A stretch of 56,763 bases of DNA, from NCBI RefSeq assembly GCF_001194135.2, contig NC_068992.1:60512349-60569111 (forward strand), written 5' to 3'. Numbering within the stretch: position 1 is the stretch's first letter; every line of letters begins with the position of its first letter. The stretch comes from Octopus bimaculoides (taxonomy: Eukaryota). Both the position numbers and the translations under genes were made by a program. Below are positions 1 through 12,535 of the stretch, one piece after another. A model generated the notes under the pieces. That model searched no databases. It saw only the letters and a program-made list of their open reading frames with translations, and was not told the DNA's origin.

Positions 1-1023
1 ATATATATATATATATATATATATATATACTAAGAGAGAGAGAGAAAGTGAGAGAAGGAGAGAGAAAGAGAGAGAGAGATTCCTATACACACGCGCAAAA
101 ACACTCAATCGTACACATATCGGTTTTACAAGATTCTTGATGTGAATCCGTGTGTTGAATCAGGAAAAAAGTTATGTTCTGAGTAGGCACATTCTGCCAG
201 GAAAAACACAGTTCACTTGTCTATTAATTGATCTGTCAACGTATTTCGTTACGCTTCTGTAAACTTTTCAATGATTTATTTTAATAACGATGATGGCCTT
301 TGTATATTTGCAGCAGACCTATACGTACATTTACATGAGACTATATATGTAGCTATGTTCATCTCTTGTGTGAATACTATCTGCATTCTTGTTATGTGTT
401 GCCGTATAGTTGTATTTGTATGTGTGTACGTGTATGTGCGACCATTTTTTATATTTTCTCATTGTAGTTATAATATATTTTATTGTATTGTTCTGTCAGC
501 GGTGGTGAATATATGATGCCGATCAGTAGATAAATTGCGGTGGTAGTTGAGGTTGGATAGAGTTGGGTGAAGGTCAGGTAGTTTTTTTTTTACTTTATCA
601 TTCTGATCGCCTTTTATTTATATTTATATTTATCATTTATGATTTTTGTTGTTGATATCCTTTGTACAGAAGCGACAACATATATGTGTTATGTGTGTAT
701 AGGTGTGTGTGTATATATATGTGTGTGTATGTATATAGATATTTNNNNNNNNNNNNNNNNNNNNNNNNNNNNNNNNNNNNNNNNNNNNNNNNNNNNNNNN
801 NNNNNNNNNNNNNNNNNNNNNNNNNNNNNNNNNNNNNNNNNNNNNNNNNNNNNNNNNNNNNNNNNNNNNNNNNNNNNNNNNNNNNNNNNNNNNNNNNNNN
901 NNNNNNNNNNNNNNNNNNNNNNNNNNNNNNNNNNNNNNNNNNNNNNNNNNNNNNNNNNNNNNNNNNNNNNNNNNNNNNNNNNNNNNNNNNNNNNNNNNNN
1001 NNNNNNNNNNNNNNNNNNNNNNN

Positions 1024-1060
<37 letters not shown>

Positions 1061-1096
1061 ATATATATATGTATATATATGTGCATATATATATAT

Positions 1097-1137
<41 letters not shown>

Positions 1138-1583
1138 ATGCATATACATATGCATGTATGTGAGCATATAGAAAGAAATCTATCAAAATAAGCATAAAGA
1201 CTGACACACAGGCAGACAGACAAACAGAACGATAGATAGGCCCAAAAGGTCACACAAATAGAGAGATACATTGATAATGCTGACATCTTATACGTCAGTA
1301 TCAAATATAATAAATATCAAAAACACACGATCCGAATAATAAATAAAATAACTCGCTGCATATTCTCTTGCATCGTATCTGTTATGTAGAGTTATACATG
1401 ATAGATAATTAAATATATTATTTAAATTACTTTATATCATTGATTTATTGTTTTTACCTCAGAGATATCGTCTGTTGCAGTCACACCTAGCCGTCTCATT
1501 TCGATTTTTTCTCCCAGCCCGTAAATAGACTAATTTAGTATCTTGTGTTGTGTCTTCCGGGTGTCCACCGTAAAGTTTTTCTA

Positions 1584-1677
1584 ATGTTTGTTGTAGAGAA
1601 TACATTTATTGATCTATCTCTGTTCAGCGTAACCACATCGTTGCTCTCCGTGGGCTGTTATTTGGTTGAAGGAGGAG
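1584..1677 (+). CDS. Candidate first coding exon (signal-peptide-like) of an unnamed small secreted protein
   Basis: ATG at 1584 reads MFVVENTFIDLSLFSVTTSLLSVGCYLVEGG to the donor GAG|gtaaat (phase 1). Upstream acceptor ttttacctcag at ~1461 with no earlier ATG; alternative acceptor ttcag|1628. No homology recognised. Confidence 0.33.
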
Positions 1678-1991
1678 GTAAATGAAAATGTATGATGGAA
1701 TAGGGAAACAATTGTACATTTGTTGTATATTTTAGTTGGCTGTAATATAAATAAACTGTACTCACAGAAGCAAATTTCCGTAAAAGCAAGATTTGGAATG
1801 GAGAAAGAGTGTATGAAAGATATATGTAAATGATGCATTAAGAACGGAAATGGCCTTTTGCAAAAGTCATGTTTAAAACACAGGCCAGGAGCAATGAATA
1901 TGCTATATAAAATTCTATATAGACCAAAATACAAGGATCGAAAACAAATATCAAGTGTTTGGAATTCTACAGTAAAGTTCCAGGGTATTGT

Positions 1992-2044
<53 letters not shown>

Positions 2045-2213
2045 TAATAATAGTTAAGAGGTGTGATACATCAGTACGCATCATCAATTTGATGGTATGA
2101 GTCTGGAAAACAAAAATTCGAAAAATGCATGTACAGTTCAATAACTGTGATTAATGGTGTAAAGACGATTCCTTTTGAAACAAAATGGAATATTTTCACT
2201 CACACAGTCATAG

Positions 2214-2367
2214 GTACACCTATGATATTTGATGAAGTTATGGCAAGAGCCAAGCCTACACTGTCTTGCCTTTGCCAATTCTACCTTGAAAATTCTGAAA
2301 ACAGTCGAAGTGTATGTGAGAAACTGAGAGTTTGTTTCCCAAATATCAAAACTAATGCTTGTGCAGG
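2214..2367 (+). CDS. Candidate coding exon 2 (Cys-rich)
   Basis: Acceptor cacacagtcatag|, open in phase 1: (G)TPMIFDEVMARAKPTLSCLCQFYLENSENSRSVCEKLRVCFPNIKTNACA(G), donor GCAGG|gtaaat (phase 2). Alternative donor AAGT|gtatgt at 2311 (phase 0). Confidence 0.35.
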
Positions 2368-2721
2368 GTAAATCATATCTTGATGCTAATTTCCGTTACT
2401 CAACTATGCTTGTATGCATGGTTATCATGCAGCTATACTTTAGTCATGAAAACTGATTCCTAAGGTAAACCATTACTATTGAGTATAGTTAGACTTGCCA
2501 AGGTAGATATAGCTGCATTTAGAATATTTTTAGTACTCATTGACTTTGGCGAATGTTTTTGCATTATACAAACCATAGAGACGATATCAAGACATTTTCC
2601 CTGCCAAATGGACACAGGTATTATAGAATATTTAGTTGAACCACGTTAAAAGGCACCTTCTTTCACACTATTATACAACCAGCTGGCTTATAAATGTAAA
2701 TTTTCTCTCCAAATCAATAAA

Positions 2722-3090
2722 AACAGCACTCAGAGAGCGCAAACCTCCGCCAAGACAACACTGACGTCATCTCAACGATTAGCCGGAGGTGATTTTTAAA
2801 ATGAGAATATTTGAAATAAACTCAACTGCTCTCACAAACGAGAATACTAAAAATGAACCCGACCGCTCTCAAAAATTAAGTATTAAAAAAAACTGGAAAA
2901 ATAATGCAGAATCCTTGTCCGGTACCGGATCCATCCCCAAATCTAACCAGTTTGAGCTGGTTACGAGGCCAAACATCCCTGAATGTTTCATCAGAATTCA
3001 TCAACCGATTCCTGAGATATCTTGTCCACAGACAAACAAACAAAGACGACTGAAAACAATACCTCCACCTTCGCTAAGGCGGATGTAAAA
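2722..3090 (-). mobile_element. Helentron-associated / DINE-1-like non-autonomous element (HINE)
   Basis: Minus strand: 5' subterminal IR tacatccgcc with partner ggtggaggta nearby, then a GTTT/GTCT microsatellite and agatatctcaggaatc. 3' subTIR ggcggaggtt followed by stem-loop gcgctc-tct-gagtgc. T-rich flanks, no TSD. This is the DINE-1/Helentron architecture. Confidence 0.75.
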
Positions 3091-3560
3091 GTAATTTTCT
3101 CGACTTCTGCTTACAAGCCTATGGCATTTATATCCGACTTAGTAATTAGTATTTCTATCTCTCATTCTTGGCATTGTAGACCATCTTAGTAAATATCCAG
3201 GCGATATGTTCGAAAAGTGAGGCCGTTCAAGCAAACCAAGGGATGAGCATATATGCACTTAGGAATACAATAGGAATGCAAGCGAAGCTGCACACGTACG
3301 CACACACACACACATTTATACATATACATACACATATATACACAAATATGCATATAGCTTTAAACCATCTTGTCTATCAATTATATACTCATATAATGAT
3401 GCAACAACTGTTTGTGTATAAAGCTTGAAACACGTGTACCGCGGAATCCTTTGTGTTCTGGTTTAATTTTACGTTTAATTTATTCCTTCACCTCGGCCAC
3501 TATCTGGCATATGCAGGTGCTTACAATTATCAAGTATTACCTCTAAAATTTGCCATATAC

Positions 3561-3684
<124 letters not shown>

Positions 3685-4595
3685 ATACGTACTCCTTTTG
3701 TGTGTGAAGTGTGTTTTATCAATTATGATCATGACATCCAAATGATAACTAACTTCATATCTTTATCCGTAGTTATTTATATTTCAGGATTTTTCCCTCC
3801 GTCTTTTCCGTTCATATATTGAATCTATTTCCTTTTTGAAACATCGTAACCAACATTTTCCAATCAGTAACGTATGAAGTGAACAGCGGTAAGATTACAA
3901 ATTCCTGGAAGAGACATTTTGTCGACACTTGAATCATTACTTATGTGTACATATGTACGTTCACACACACGCACACACACACACACGCATGTTATACAAA
4001 TTTGAGCACTCCCACGCACTGATACTGCGTCTTGTTTGGATGTAGAGCAGAACATGTGACCCTTGTGATATTATCTTTGTCATAAGCTTTGTGAAAAGCT
4101 CCAACGTTTACTCTTCTGTGTATGAGTCAACAGTCGAATTCTTCGAGAAAGAGAGAAAGAGAGGGAGGGAGAGAGATTGGGAAGAGAGATATACAGGTAG
4201 AGAATGCAACAGAAAATAAGAGAGAGCTTAAGAGAGAGATTGAAAGAGAGAGAAGAACATTCCCCAGCACAAGACTAGTTGACAGGATGAAAGGGAAAAT
4301 TTGATTTCTCCAGGACTTGAACTCCGAGTGCAAGATTCGAGAATAAATTTTTCAAGCATTCTATCCGTCGACTAAGTAATTCTGCATATTGTCGCACAAT
4401 ATACCCACACAATAAACAAACCGATAAACACTCACGGAACACAGACACACAAATACAAGGTGATTCAAAAGTCGCCATACATAAGAACAATTTATTTTTT
4501 ATATTAGAAACAGTTTTTTTTTTAAGTGTTTCTTATTAAAAAATAAATTTTTCCTATGTATGGTGACATTTGAATCAGCCTGTATATTCCTATAG

Positions 4596-4713
4596 ATACA
4601 TACAAACATACATACATACATACATACATACATACATACATACATGCATGCATGCATGCATGCATACATACATACATACATACATACATACATACATACA
4701 TACATACATACAT
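4596..4713. repeat. (CATA)n/(CATG)n microsatellite
   Basis: Directly visible; similar tracts at 4855-4905, 22153-22195, 33463-33520, 36845-36925, 45727-45775. Confidence 0.98.
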
Positions 4714-5370
4714 AGAACATTTGGACCAATCGGATGTGCATATAACCAAATTAATATTGATATGTTTGTTTGATTCCGGCTAGGGTTAGCTCATCATTTT
4801 CCAGTGAATTTGTTTATATATAAATGTCGCTTTAAATCGGAGAATACATTTGTATGTACATACATACATACATACATACATACATACATACACACAAATA
4901 CATACATGCACAGAATGCCAGTCTCCCAACTACACGTGCATAAATAACAGAAAAACTTAGGACCACTACAGTTTTAATCGGATAACATAGGCAACATCTT
5001 AGTACTGCTTTCATTTTCTGCACAATGTTTTTACATTTATAATAATCCTTTCTATATAGTGTTAACTCTTCGTGTGTCTAGCGCGTAATAATTAGCATAT
5101 AAGGTCATATATATATATATATGAATTTTAAGGAGGTTAATGCTTCGAATTATATCTACAATGAAAGCCGTTTGTTCAGCTATTAGCGTGCGTAGAGAAA
5201 TAGAAAAGAATCCATCTGTTTTTATATCATTTCAAAGTGATATTTGCATAGTATTTCCAATCTATTCAGCTCTGATTGAGCACATCTTCGACCATAATTA
5301 TTGCTGTCTTGCCAATCATGCTGCCTTTCAGACACAGTGTGTCCAACGCCATATTATCTAACATTTCTCA

Positions 5371-5586
5371 AAGGCGGCGAGCTGGCAGAATCGTTAGCAC
5401 GCCGGGCAAAATGTTTAGTTCGGTATTTCTTACGTTCTGAGTATAAATCTGGTCAAAGTCGACTTTACCTCTCATCCTTTCAGGGTCGATGAAATAGGTT
5501 CCAGTTACCTACTGGGGCTGCTGTAATTGATTATTCCCCCCTCTCCAAATTTCAAACCTTGTGCCTATAATAGAAAGGATTATCTA
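5371..5586 (+). mobile_element. tRNA-derived SINE, family A (full length)
   Basis: Head ggcggcgagctggcagaatcgttagcacgccgggc (A-box-like), decayed B-box, body gtcgacttt..ctttcatccttt..gggtcgat, tail cttgtgcctataatagaaaggattat; matches more than 20 other copies in the window. Confidence 0.9.
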
Positions 5587-5786
5587 AAGTCTCCTTTAAT
5601 ATAGTTTTCCATATTTTATCTTAAGATTGTAAAGTAAAAAAAATATGGAGCTGGTATTTCTAGCAGATGTAGCGTTACTAAAATCTATTTACTCGAGAAA
5701 TGGAAGTCCTGAAATAGTCATGTCTGTCTTTTTCTGTTGAATATTACATCCTGCAGTAGTATTGTGCGTGAAGTGAAGATATGTTT

Positions 5787-6038
5787 GGTAAAGGTAAAGA
5801 TATATTCTCGGGTCATGCCGACTTATAAGGGCTGGTTTCCCGGTTTCATGGCGTATACATTCCACACCTGGATGGGACGCCAGTTCTTCGCAAGATAACT
5901 GATTTTTGTTAGCTGAGTGTCAGGAGCAACGTGAAATGAAGTTTTATATTAAAAAACACAACGCGTCACCCGGTCCAGGAATCGAAACTACAATCTTATG
6001 ATTATGAGTCCAACGCCCTTAACCACTAAGCCACGCGC
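5787..6038 (-). mobile_element. tRNA-derived SINE, family C
   Basis: Minus strand head gcgcgtggcttagtggttaagggc (A box TGGCTTAGTGG) and gtttcgattcc (B box); body with actggcgtcccatccagg; short (CTTTAC)n tail. Confidence 0.8.
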
Positions 6039-6126
6039 TTTTATAGTGAAGAGATGTTGCCATGAATTGAATCAAGAACAGAGTTAGAGAAGATGATTGA
6101 CCAGAAATGTTTATGTTGTCTTTTAG

Positions 6127-6201
6127 GGATCCTCGGTCGGTGTCGACGTTGAGGATTTCATCTTTTTGTGCAACAGAATTATTTTCTCTTTGAATTCTGG
6201 T
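6127..6201 (+). CDS. Candidate exon 3 (75 nt)
   Basis: Strong acceptor tgtttatgttgtcttttag|G and donor GGT|gtaagt; GC-richer than flanks. Phase 2 reading (G)DPRSVSTLRISSFCATELFSL* (TGA 6191-6193); phase 0 reading GSSVGVDVEDFIFLCNRIIFSLNSG is open. Confidence 0.4.
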
Positions 6202-6333
6202 GTAAGTGGCTGAGTATTCCAAAGAAACGACTGTCTCTAACATAATAAATCACGTGACAAAATAAGGATGAAAGAGTATGTGACAAAGCTGTTACTTTGA
6301 ATTAAAAGTGCACTCCATTCTCACCTCTGATAG

Positions 6334-6379
6334 GCACCGCCTGGTTCAACCCCAAATACTGGGCAAACCCGATGCCACG
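6334..6379 (+). CDS. Candidate exon 4 (46 nt; coding or 3' UTR)
   Basis: Acceptor ccattctcacctctgatag|G, donor CACG|gtgagc; open in all three frames (phase 0: APPGSTPNTGQTRCH). A competing minus-strand exon reading exists. Confidence 0.3.
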
Positions 6380-6472
6380 GTGAGCACCGCCTATTTTATG
6401 TATGCATGAATATGTATTAGTATCAGCCGACAATGTCGAGTATTGATTAGTTAACTGATAAGGAGGAAAGTC

Positions 6473-6556
6473 AAAGAGAGGGGAAAGAGAGAGAGAGAGA
6501 AAGAGAGAGTGAGAGAAAGAGAGAGTGAGAGAGAAAGAGTATGTATGTGCGTATGT

Positions 6557-6607
<51 letters not shown>

Positions 6608-6740
6608 AGAGAGAGAAAGAGTGAGAGAGAGAGGGGGAGGGAGAGAGAGGGAGAGAGAGGGAGAGAGAGAGAGAGGGAGAGAGAGAGAGAGGGAGAGAGA
6701 GAGAGGGAGATAGAGAGAGAGGGAGAGAGAGAGAGGGAGA
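6473..6740. repeat. (GA)n/(GGGAGA)n compound microsatellite
   Basis: Directly visible; source of the RERE/SLSL ORFs. Confidence 0.98.
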
Positions 6741-8571
6741 TTATCAAAAGTCGAAAGAAAAGAAGAAAAGAACGGTGGAAGGAAAGACAAGATGGCAGAT
6801 TGGAAATATTTTGTAAAATTTTTGTAAAATTTTTGTAAAGTTGCTGTGAAAAGAAATGCATTTTAAATTAATGAAAAATTAAATATGATCTATTTTTATT
6901 CCTTTTGAGTATCCCTGCATGTGTGCATATGTGTATGTGTATATGTGTGTGTCACAACCTGAGGATGTATGCGAATACGTAAGCATGTATGTAAATACGC
7001 GTCGGTATGTTACTGCGTGTGTTTGTAACTGATGAAGTAATCTATATGTATGTATGTGTGCGTATGTATGGTAAATTATTAATGCGGGTATATGTGAGTG
7101 TTACCCTATGCGTATATCTGTATAAGAACACGTCTCTTGGTTTTTATGTATATGTCTATGTCTATGTCTGTGTGTCTCAATAAATCTGTGTTTGCATTTG
7201 CCTGTACGTATGCAGATACATACATGTATGCATGTGTCCCTGTACGAGTGTGTATGTATGCATGTGTGTGTATAATGAAAATACGTGTTATGTCTCATAT
7301 ATTAGACATAGGTACAACTTACCTTGACAAAAACAAAGTCGTATTAAATCCGTTGGTAGCAGTTTGGAATAATTCTAACGACAGAACACAGAATCTGATT
7401 GGTGACAAGAGATACGAGAATATAATAGGGACGAAGGTGGGTGGGTATGTAAGTAGATGGGGAAGGAAGGAGCGAAGGGGGGAAAGGGGGGAAGGTAAGA
7501 AGTTCCCTGGTGGTGAAAAGAAAGAGAATAATAGAGAGACGTGGAGAGAGAAATCGAGAGAGAGGCAAAGGAACATAAATAGAGAATATGTGTGCATGAT
7601 TATATGCATATATGTATGTGAATAGATGTATGTATACATATACATATACATATATATAATATATATATTATCACAAAATATGGCAAAAAATCATATATTA
7701 ATTAATATCGATTAATTACCAGGAAGCTAGCACATTTAAAGAATCAAAGAGATTCAGAAACAGTATCTGCAATCTCAGGGGATTAAAGTACATTTTTATA
7801 TATGACGTTGACCACTAACGTGGACATTCAATGTGCTAGAAATAGATCACATCTTGTGTCTAACAAGACCTAAATTGTTCTCAACATGAAATATAGCGTG
7901 ATACCAAAACGTAATATGTCTGCAGAGAATATTTACTGCGTCGCATATATCCAGTATGAGAACTCGGTAAGGGTTAGGGTTAATATATATATATATGTAA
8001 ATGTATATGTACGTATATATATATGCGTGTGTGTGTGGAAATAATGTAGGAAAAATAGATAGATAGATAGAGACAGGCAGACAGACAGACAGACAAAAAG
8101 ACAGGCAGACAGATAGAGAGATAAACAGACACGCAGTCAGACAGATCGAGGTAGGGAGAAACAGAAAGAAATAAAAGAATTAGGTTAGACACACGGACGT
8201 AAACGTAACTAAGGGTGTATCCAAGTTGAATGAGAAAGGTGTGTAGGGAAGAACATACTGACAGTTACGCAGAATAACACAGAACGGCAGTTCTTAATTC
8301 ATGTTATAATGGTATCATATAAATATCACAACTTTACATGCTTCTACAGCGCACCGCCCCTTACATAACGGTCATCTTTATGTATTCTTCTATACTGCTG
8401 TTCTTCTATTCTATTTAATCACATCCATTTAGTGAAGCATAATTCATATCTCAGCTGACGCCTTCTCTTTAGGTGTATATAGTGTTCTATTATGTTATAT
8501 TCTCTTTTCACCAGTTAATTTAACCATTCGTTTTTATTTATAATATGCTATATGAAATACACTTCAATCTT

Positions 8572-8790
8572 TTTTTTACTTGTTTCAGTTATTTGACTGC
8601 AGCCATGCTGGGGCACCGCCTTGAAGGGTTTTATTCGGACAGATCACATCAGGACTTTGTTTTTTTTTAAAGCCAAGCACTTATTTTATAGGTCTGTTTT
8701 GCTAAACCGCTATATTACGGTTGGTAGGGATGAACACAGCAAAACCGGTTGTCAAGCTGTGGCGAGGACAAACACAGACACAAAGACACC
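8572..8790 (-). mobile_element. SINE family B, 3' half
   Basis: Reverse complement ends ggcggtgccccagcatggctgcagtcaaataactgaaacaagtaaaa, matching copies at 44270-44655 and 55243-55812; abuts the internal microsatellite typical of this family. Confidence 0.85.
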
Positions 8791-8913
8791 CACACATAGA
8801 TATACGTACACATACACACACACGCATGCACAAACACACCTACACACACACACATAAATATATATATAGAGAGAGAGAGAAAGAGACGGTGGGAGAGAGA
8901 GAAAGAGAGGGAG

Positions 8914-9616
8914 AGAGGCAATTGTGTGGATAAACAAATTAGACACATTTAATATACTAAATACGATATTTTGGGTATGAAATACTAAATATGTATATAT
9001 GAATACATGCAAAACGAGACAAAGTAAAAGGCGGAGACTTTCAGATGAATCTTTTTTTAAGTATTAATATTTAGATATTTATATTAATAGGTCCACATTA
9101 CAAACGAAAGAAAAAATTAAAGGAGTAGAAAAAAGGTATTATAAGTCCAACAGCTATTTTTGAGGGCCCGAAGATCCATAATAATGTTGGTAGATGTAGT
9201 TCATTGCAATATGTAGCCGTATGGATAGAATTAAGATTGGATAGGACAAGCCTCCATCATCAGACTACAGAAGATCTTACATTTAATCTTTCTGTATTCA
9301 ACCTTCTCTCCATTAATATCTGAAATGCAAGATATTCTCTACTCTGATGCCCGAGGCTCAAATTATCCAATGTTAATTGCCTCTATACGACTGCATAATG
9401 TGATGAACTACAACTACCAACATTATTACGGATCTCCGAGCCACCAGAAACAGCTGTTGGACTTATAACACCTCTCTTCCACCCCTTTCATTTTCTCTGT
9501 CGATTGTACTTTGCATGAGTTAGACCTATTAATATAGATATCTATATATTTATACTTGAAAAAGTCATCGACTGAAAGTCTCCACCTTTTGCTTTCTGTC
9601 GTTTTGCGTGTATACA

Positions 9617-9652
<36 letters not shown>

Positions 9653-9726
9653 TTGTATTTCATACTGAAGGTAATATATTTCATATATTTAATGTGTCTA
9701 ACTTGTTTATCCGCTTAATTGCCTCT
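8914..9726. mobile_element. Large fold-back (inverted-repeat) element
   Basis: Arms ~8914-9284 and ~9322-9726 are reverse complements (about 75-80% by eye), e.g. perfect 17 bp ttataagtccaacagct 9139-9155 / agctgttggacttataa 9452-9468. Spacer about 40 nt; (CATA)n expansion in the right arm only. Confidence 0.85.
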
Positions 9727-10430
9727 ATCCCCACTCAACTTGGTCCCTCTTATAGCCCTCTTTACCTTGTGGAATCGATCCCCTATAAACACATCGGGGT
9801 TTAAGTATGAACCTTTGGAGCCCAACTAGGTGTTGTGTATACGAAGACTCTCTGGATTTCATCTGTGGACTATATATATGTATATATAAAGAGTAAAGAG
9901 AAAGAGTATATGCATGCATGAATACATTTTTGTGGAAGGCGGTATATTAGAGTGTAATGAAATATATTAGATTCTAAATAAGTGTTTATTTGTTGTGTAT
10001 TAGAAAGGCAAGTTGTTGCCAATGAGTCAAATCGCATGTGTATAGAACGCTGGCTATATTTCAAATGCTATCAATAGAAAGTGATGGCAAATTGCCATGG
10101 CGAGATGAAATAAAAAGAATACTGATTCTAAATGATCCTAACGGATAAGCAACAAGAAAATACAATCAGCAATTCCTCATTTACACATGGGACGAACATA
10201 CGTAGTTAAATGTAACTACACAAGGGACCATCACACGAGACAAATATAAACTGGATCTATGAAAACAATAAGAGAAAAAAACATGCCTGATATTTCACAA
10301 ACACTTTTCTTTCTCTACATCGATTGCTTTTCAGTTCAATTCTCCATTGTTAAAAGACAAAAACTCGGTTGATATTAATTTTTAAATAACTTTAAACTAA
10401 CTAATTTTATAATCTCGTTATGTCATGCAG

Positions 10431-10513
10431 GGGATCTCAGAAAAAGAGCGAAATGGTACTATCCGCGACTACAGGAAAATTTAATAAAAGAATTATACGG
10501 AAATAATATGTGA
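10431..10513 (+). CDS. Candidate terminal exon
   Basis: Branch-point-like CTAAC at 10397-10401, acceptor ttatgtcatgcag|G; phase 1 reading (G)DLRKRAKWYYPRLQENLIKELYGNNM* (TGA 10511-10513). No homology recognised. Confidence 0.25.
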
Positions 10514-11313
10514 TCTTAGCATTCTTTTCACTCTTTGATAATAATTTTTCAACATAATGGGGGTAAAAGGAACTTAGGAATGGTTCTCTCGTCTTAAGTA
10601 GCACACTTTCTCTCAGTAGTAATTCCCAGTGCCTAACACGTGTACATATATATAGATATAGAAATACTGATAGATAGATGGATAGATAGAGGAAGCGAAA
10701 GGACAATAGCTGTATAAAGCGGTAGAGAGAGAGAGTGTCAGAAAGTGAGAGAGCGAGTGAGAGAGAGAGAGAGAGAGAGAGAGCGATAGTTAGTGAAGTA
10801 GCTAACTAGGTAGATAGGTAAACCCGACACAACTTCATATATACGGGGGCATAATTGTTTATGTTTATACGCATATGTGTGTGTACGTGTGTGTATGTGT
10901 TTAAAGACAGACGTTGTGATGGACACTAATGCAATTTATTGATTGATCGTTACAAGCAGGCTGGCCTGTGGATAAATAACAACAGCAACAACAACAACAA
11001 CAACAACAACAACTGTTAATTAATTTTCTAAATACAAATGTTTCATTTTGTAAATTTTGAAGAGAATCACGGGAAATTCCATTCCGTATATAAACACTCA
11101 ACAAATTAGCGTGTATGTGGACGGACAAACTGCAAGATAAATCTACCTCAAGTCAATCGCTATCATGACAAAGAATGGAATGTCCCACTGTATAAAGTAG
11201 CCACTGTTGGTATCTGATTGAAAACCCCAAAATTAGCGATATTGTCATACATGATATGTTTTAGCGGTAGGTTATCTTGCTGAGAATGAATAAAGGGCTA
11301 TACAATAACAACA

Positions 11314-11362
<49 letters not shown>

Positions 11363-11414
11363 TATTATTATTATTATTATTATTGGTGTTGTTGTTGTTG
11401 TTGTTATTATTATT

Positions 11415-11876
11415 GCCTTTCAACAGCTTCTAACGTGTTAGCTGTTCTTTATCAGTGAACTAAGGTAACACCTCTTATTTTTCGAGCACTTTCGTGCGGT
11501 TCCAAGCAGGGCTGTTTTCTGAAAGTGCTCCGCCCTTATTCTCGAGATTTTTGCTCACTGTCCCCAGGGTTTCGACAATTATTGGTACAACTGCTACTTT
11601 TTCATCGACCACAACTGCTTCACTTCCCAAGCTAACCTGTCATATGTCTCGACTTTCCTTTCTTCATTATCGCATACCTTGTTCTTACCTAGAGCAAGCT
11701 ATATCTATGATCCAGCATCGTTTGTTTTCTTTCCCAATTAAGACTATGTCCGGCTTCCTATTCTCTATCTCATGGTCGCACTGAGTCATAAAATCCCATA
11801 GGACCTTTGCATTTCTATTTTCGACGATGCCTTCGGGTTTGTGATCGTACCAATTTTTTGCTGTCAAGTCCATACT
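11415..11876 (-). mobile_element. R4/Dong-clade non-LTR retrotransposon, 3' fragment (restriction-like endonuclease)
   Basis: Translates WYDHKPEGIVENRNAKVLWDFMTQCDHEIENRKPDIVLIGKENKRCWIIDIAC, then across stops KVETYDRLAWEVKQLWSMKKVAVVPIIVETLGTV: the PD..D..K RLE signature. (TAA)n on the sense strand at both ends. Clade assignment from motif recollection. Confidence 0.85.
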
Positions 11877-11922
11877 TATTATTATTATTATTATTGTTGT
11901 TGTTGTTGTTGTTGTTGTCATG

Positions 11923-12005
<83 letters not shown>

Positions 12006-12535
12006 CGTGTGAGAGAGCAGCACATCCCATCAAAGTGACACCGGGACACAAATATACGAAGCCCAACACATTTGTCTGTTAAGGGTACACCAGGCACATG
12101 CATCTCAACTATACGTGCGCGACATGGTGATCTCATATCAAGATAAACAGCGCGTGAACTTGCACGTGGGACCCAGTAAGAATTATCTTTAGGTCGAGTA
12201 GCCCATCCCACTCAAAAAGTCCCTGAATGATGTTTGCTTAAGAATGATTAAGAAACACGTTTTCAGAGGTGTGTTATCCAAACCCCAAAGAATTTTTCTC
12301 AACAAATGGCTGGGATGCTCTCCCACTACTTTTGCGCGTGATCAGAGATGCACATATCATCAGCCACTAAGGGACATGCTCAACTGGTCATGGTCAAGTA
12401 AGTGACAAGAACATCTGTGGTATTGAGCAGAATATTTGCTGTAGCCCATCTTTATACCAAGACAAAACCTGTACATGTCAACACCTCCAATCAGTTAAGA
12501 ACCATGAGATTTAGTGTCTGGTTCTACATCAGAGC

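Noticed and set aside
633-1304. Long ORFs with IYIY/THTH/CVCV/X runs here and across the window (e.g. 37940-38689, 42787-43628, 45984-46571, 55186-55898)
   Set aside because: Stop-free only because of dinucleotide microsatellites and N gaps; not coding evidence.
5371-5460. tRNA-like heads of SINE families A, B and C
   Set aside because: They have A/B boxes but no complete cloverleaf and run into SINE bodies; not tRNA genes.
7968-7983. Telomere-like agggttagggtt
   Set aside because: Only two units; not an interstitial telomeric array.
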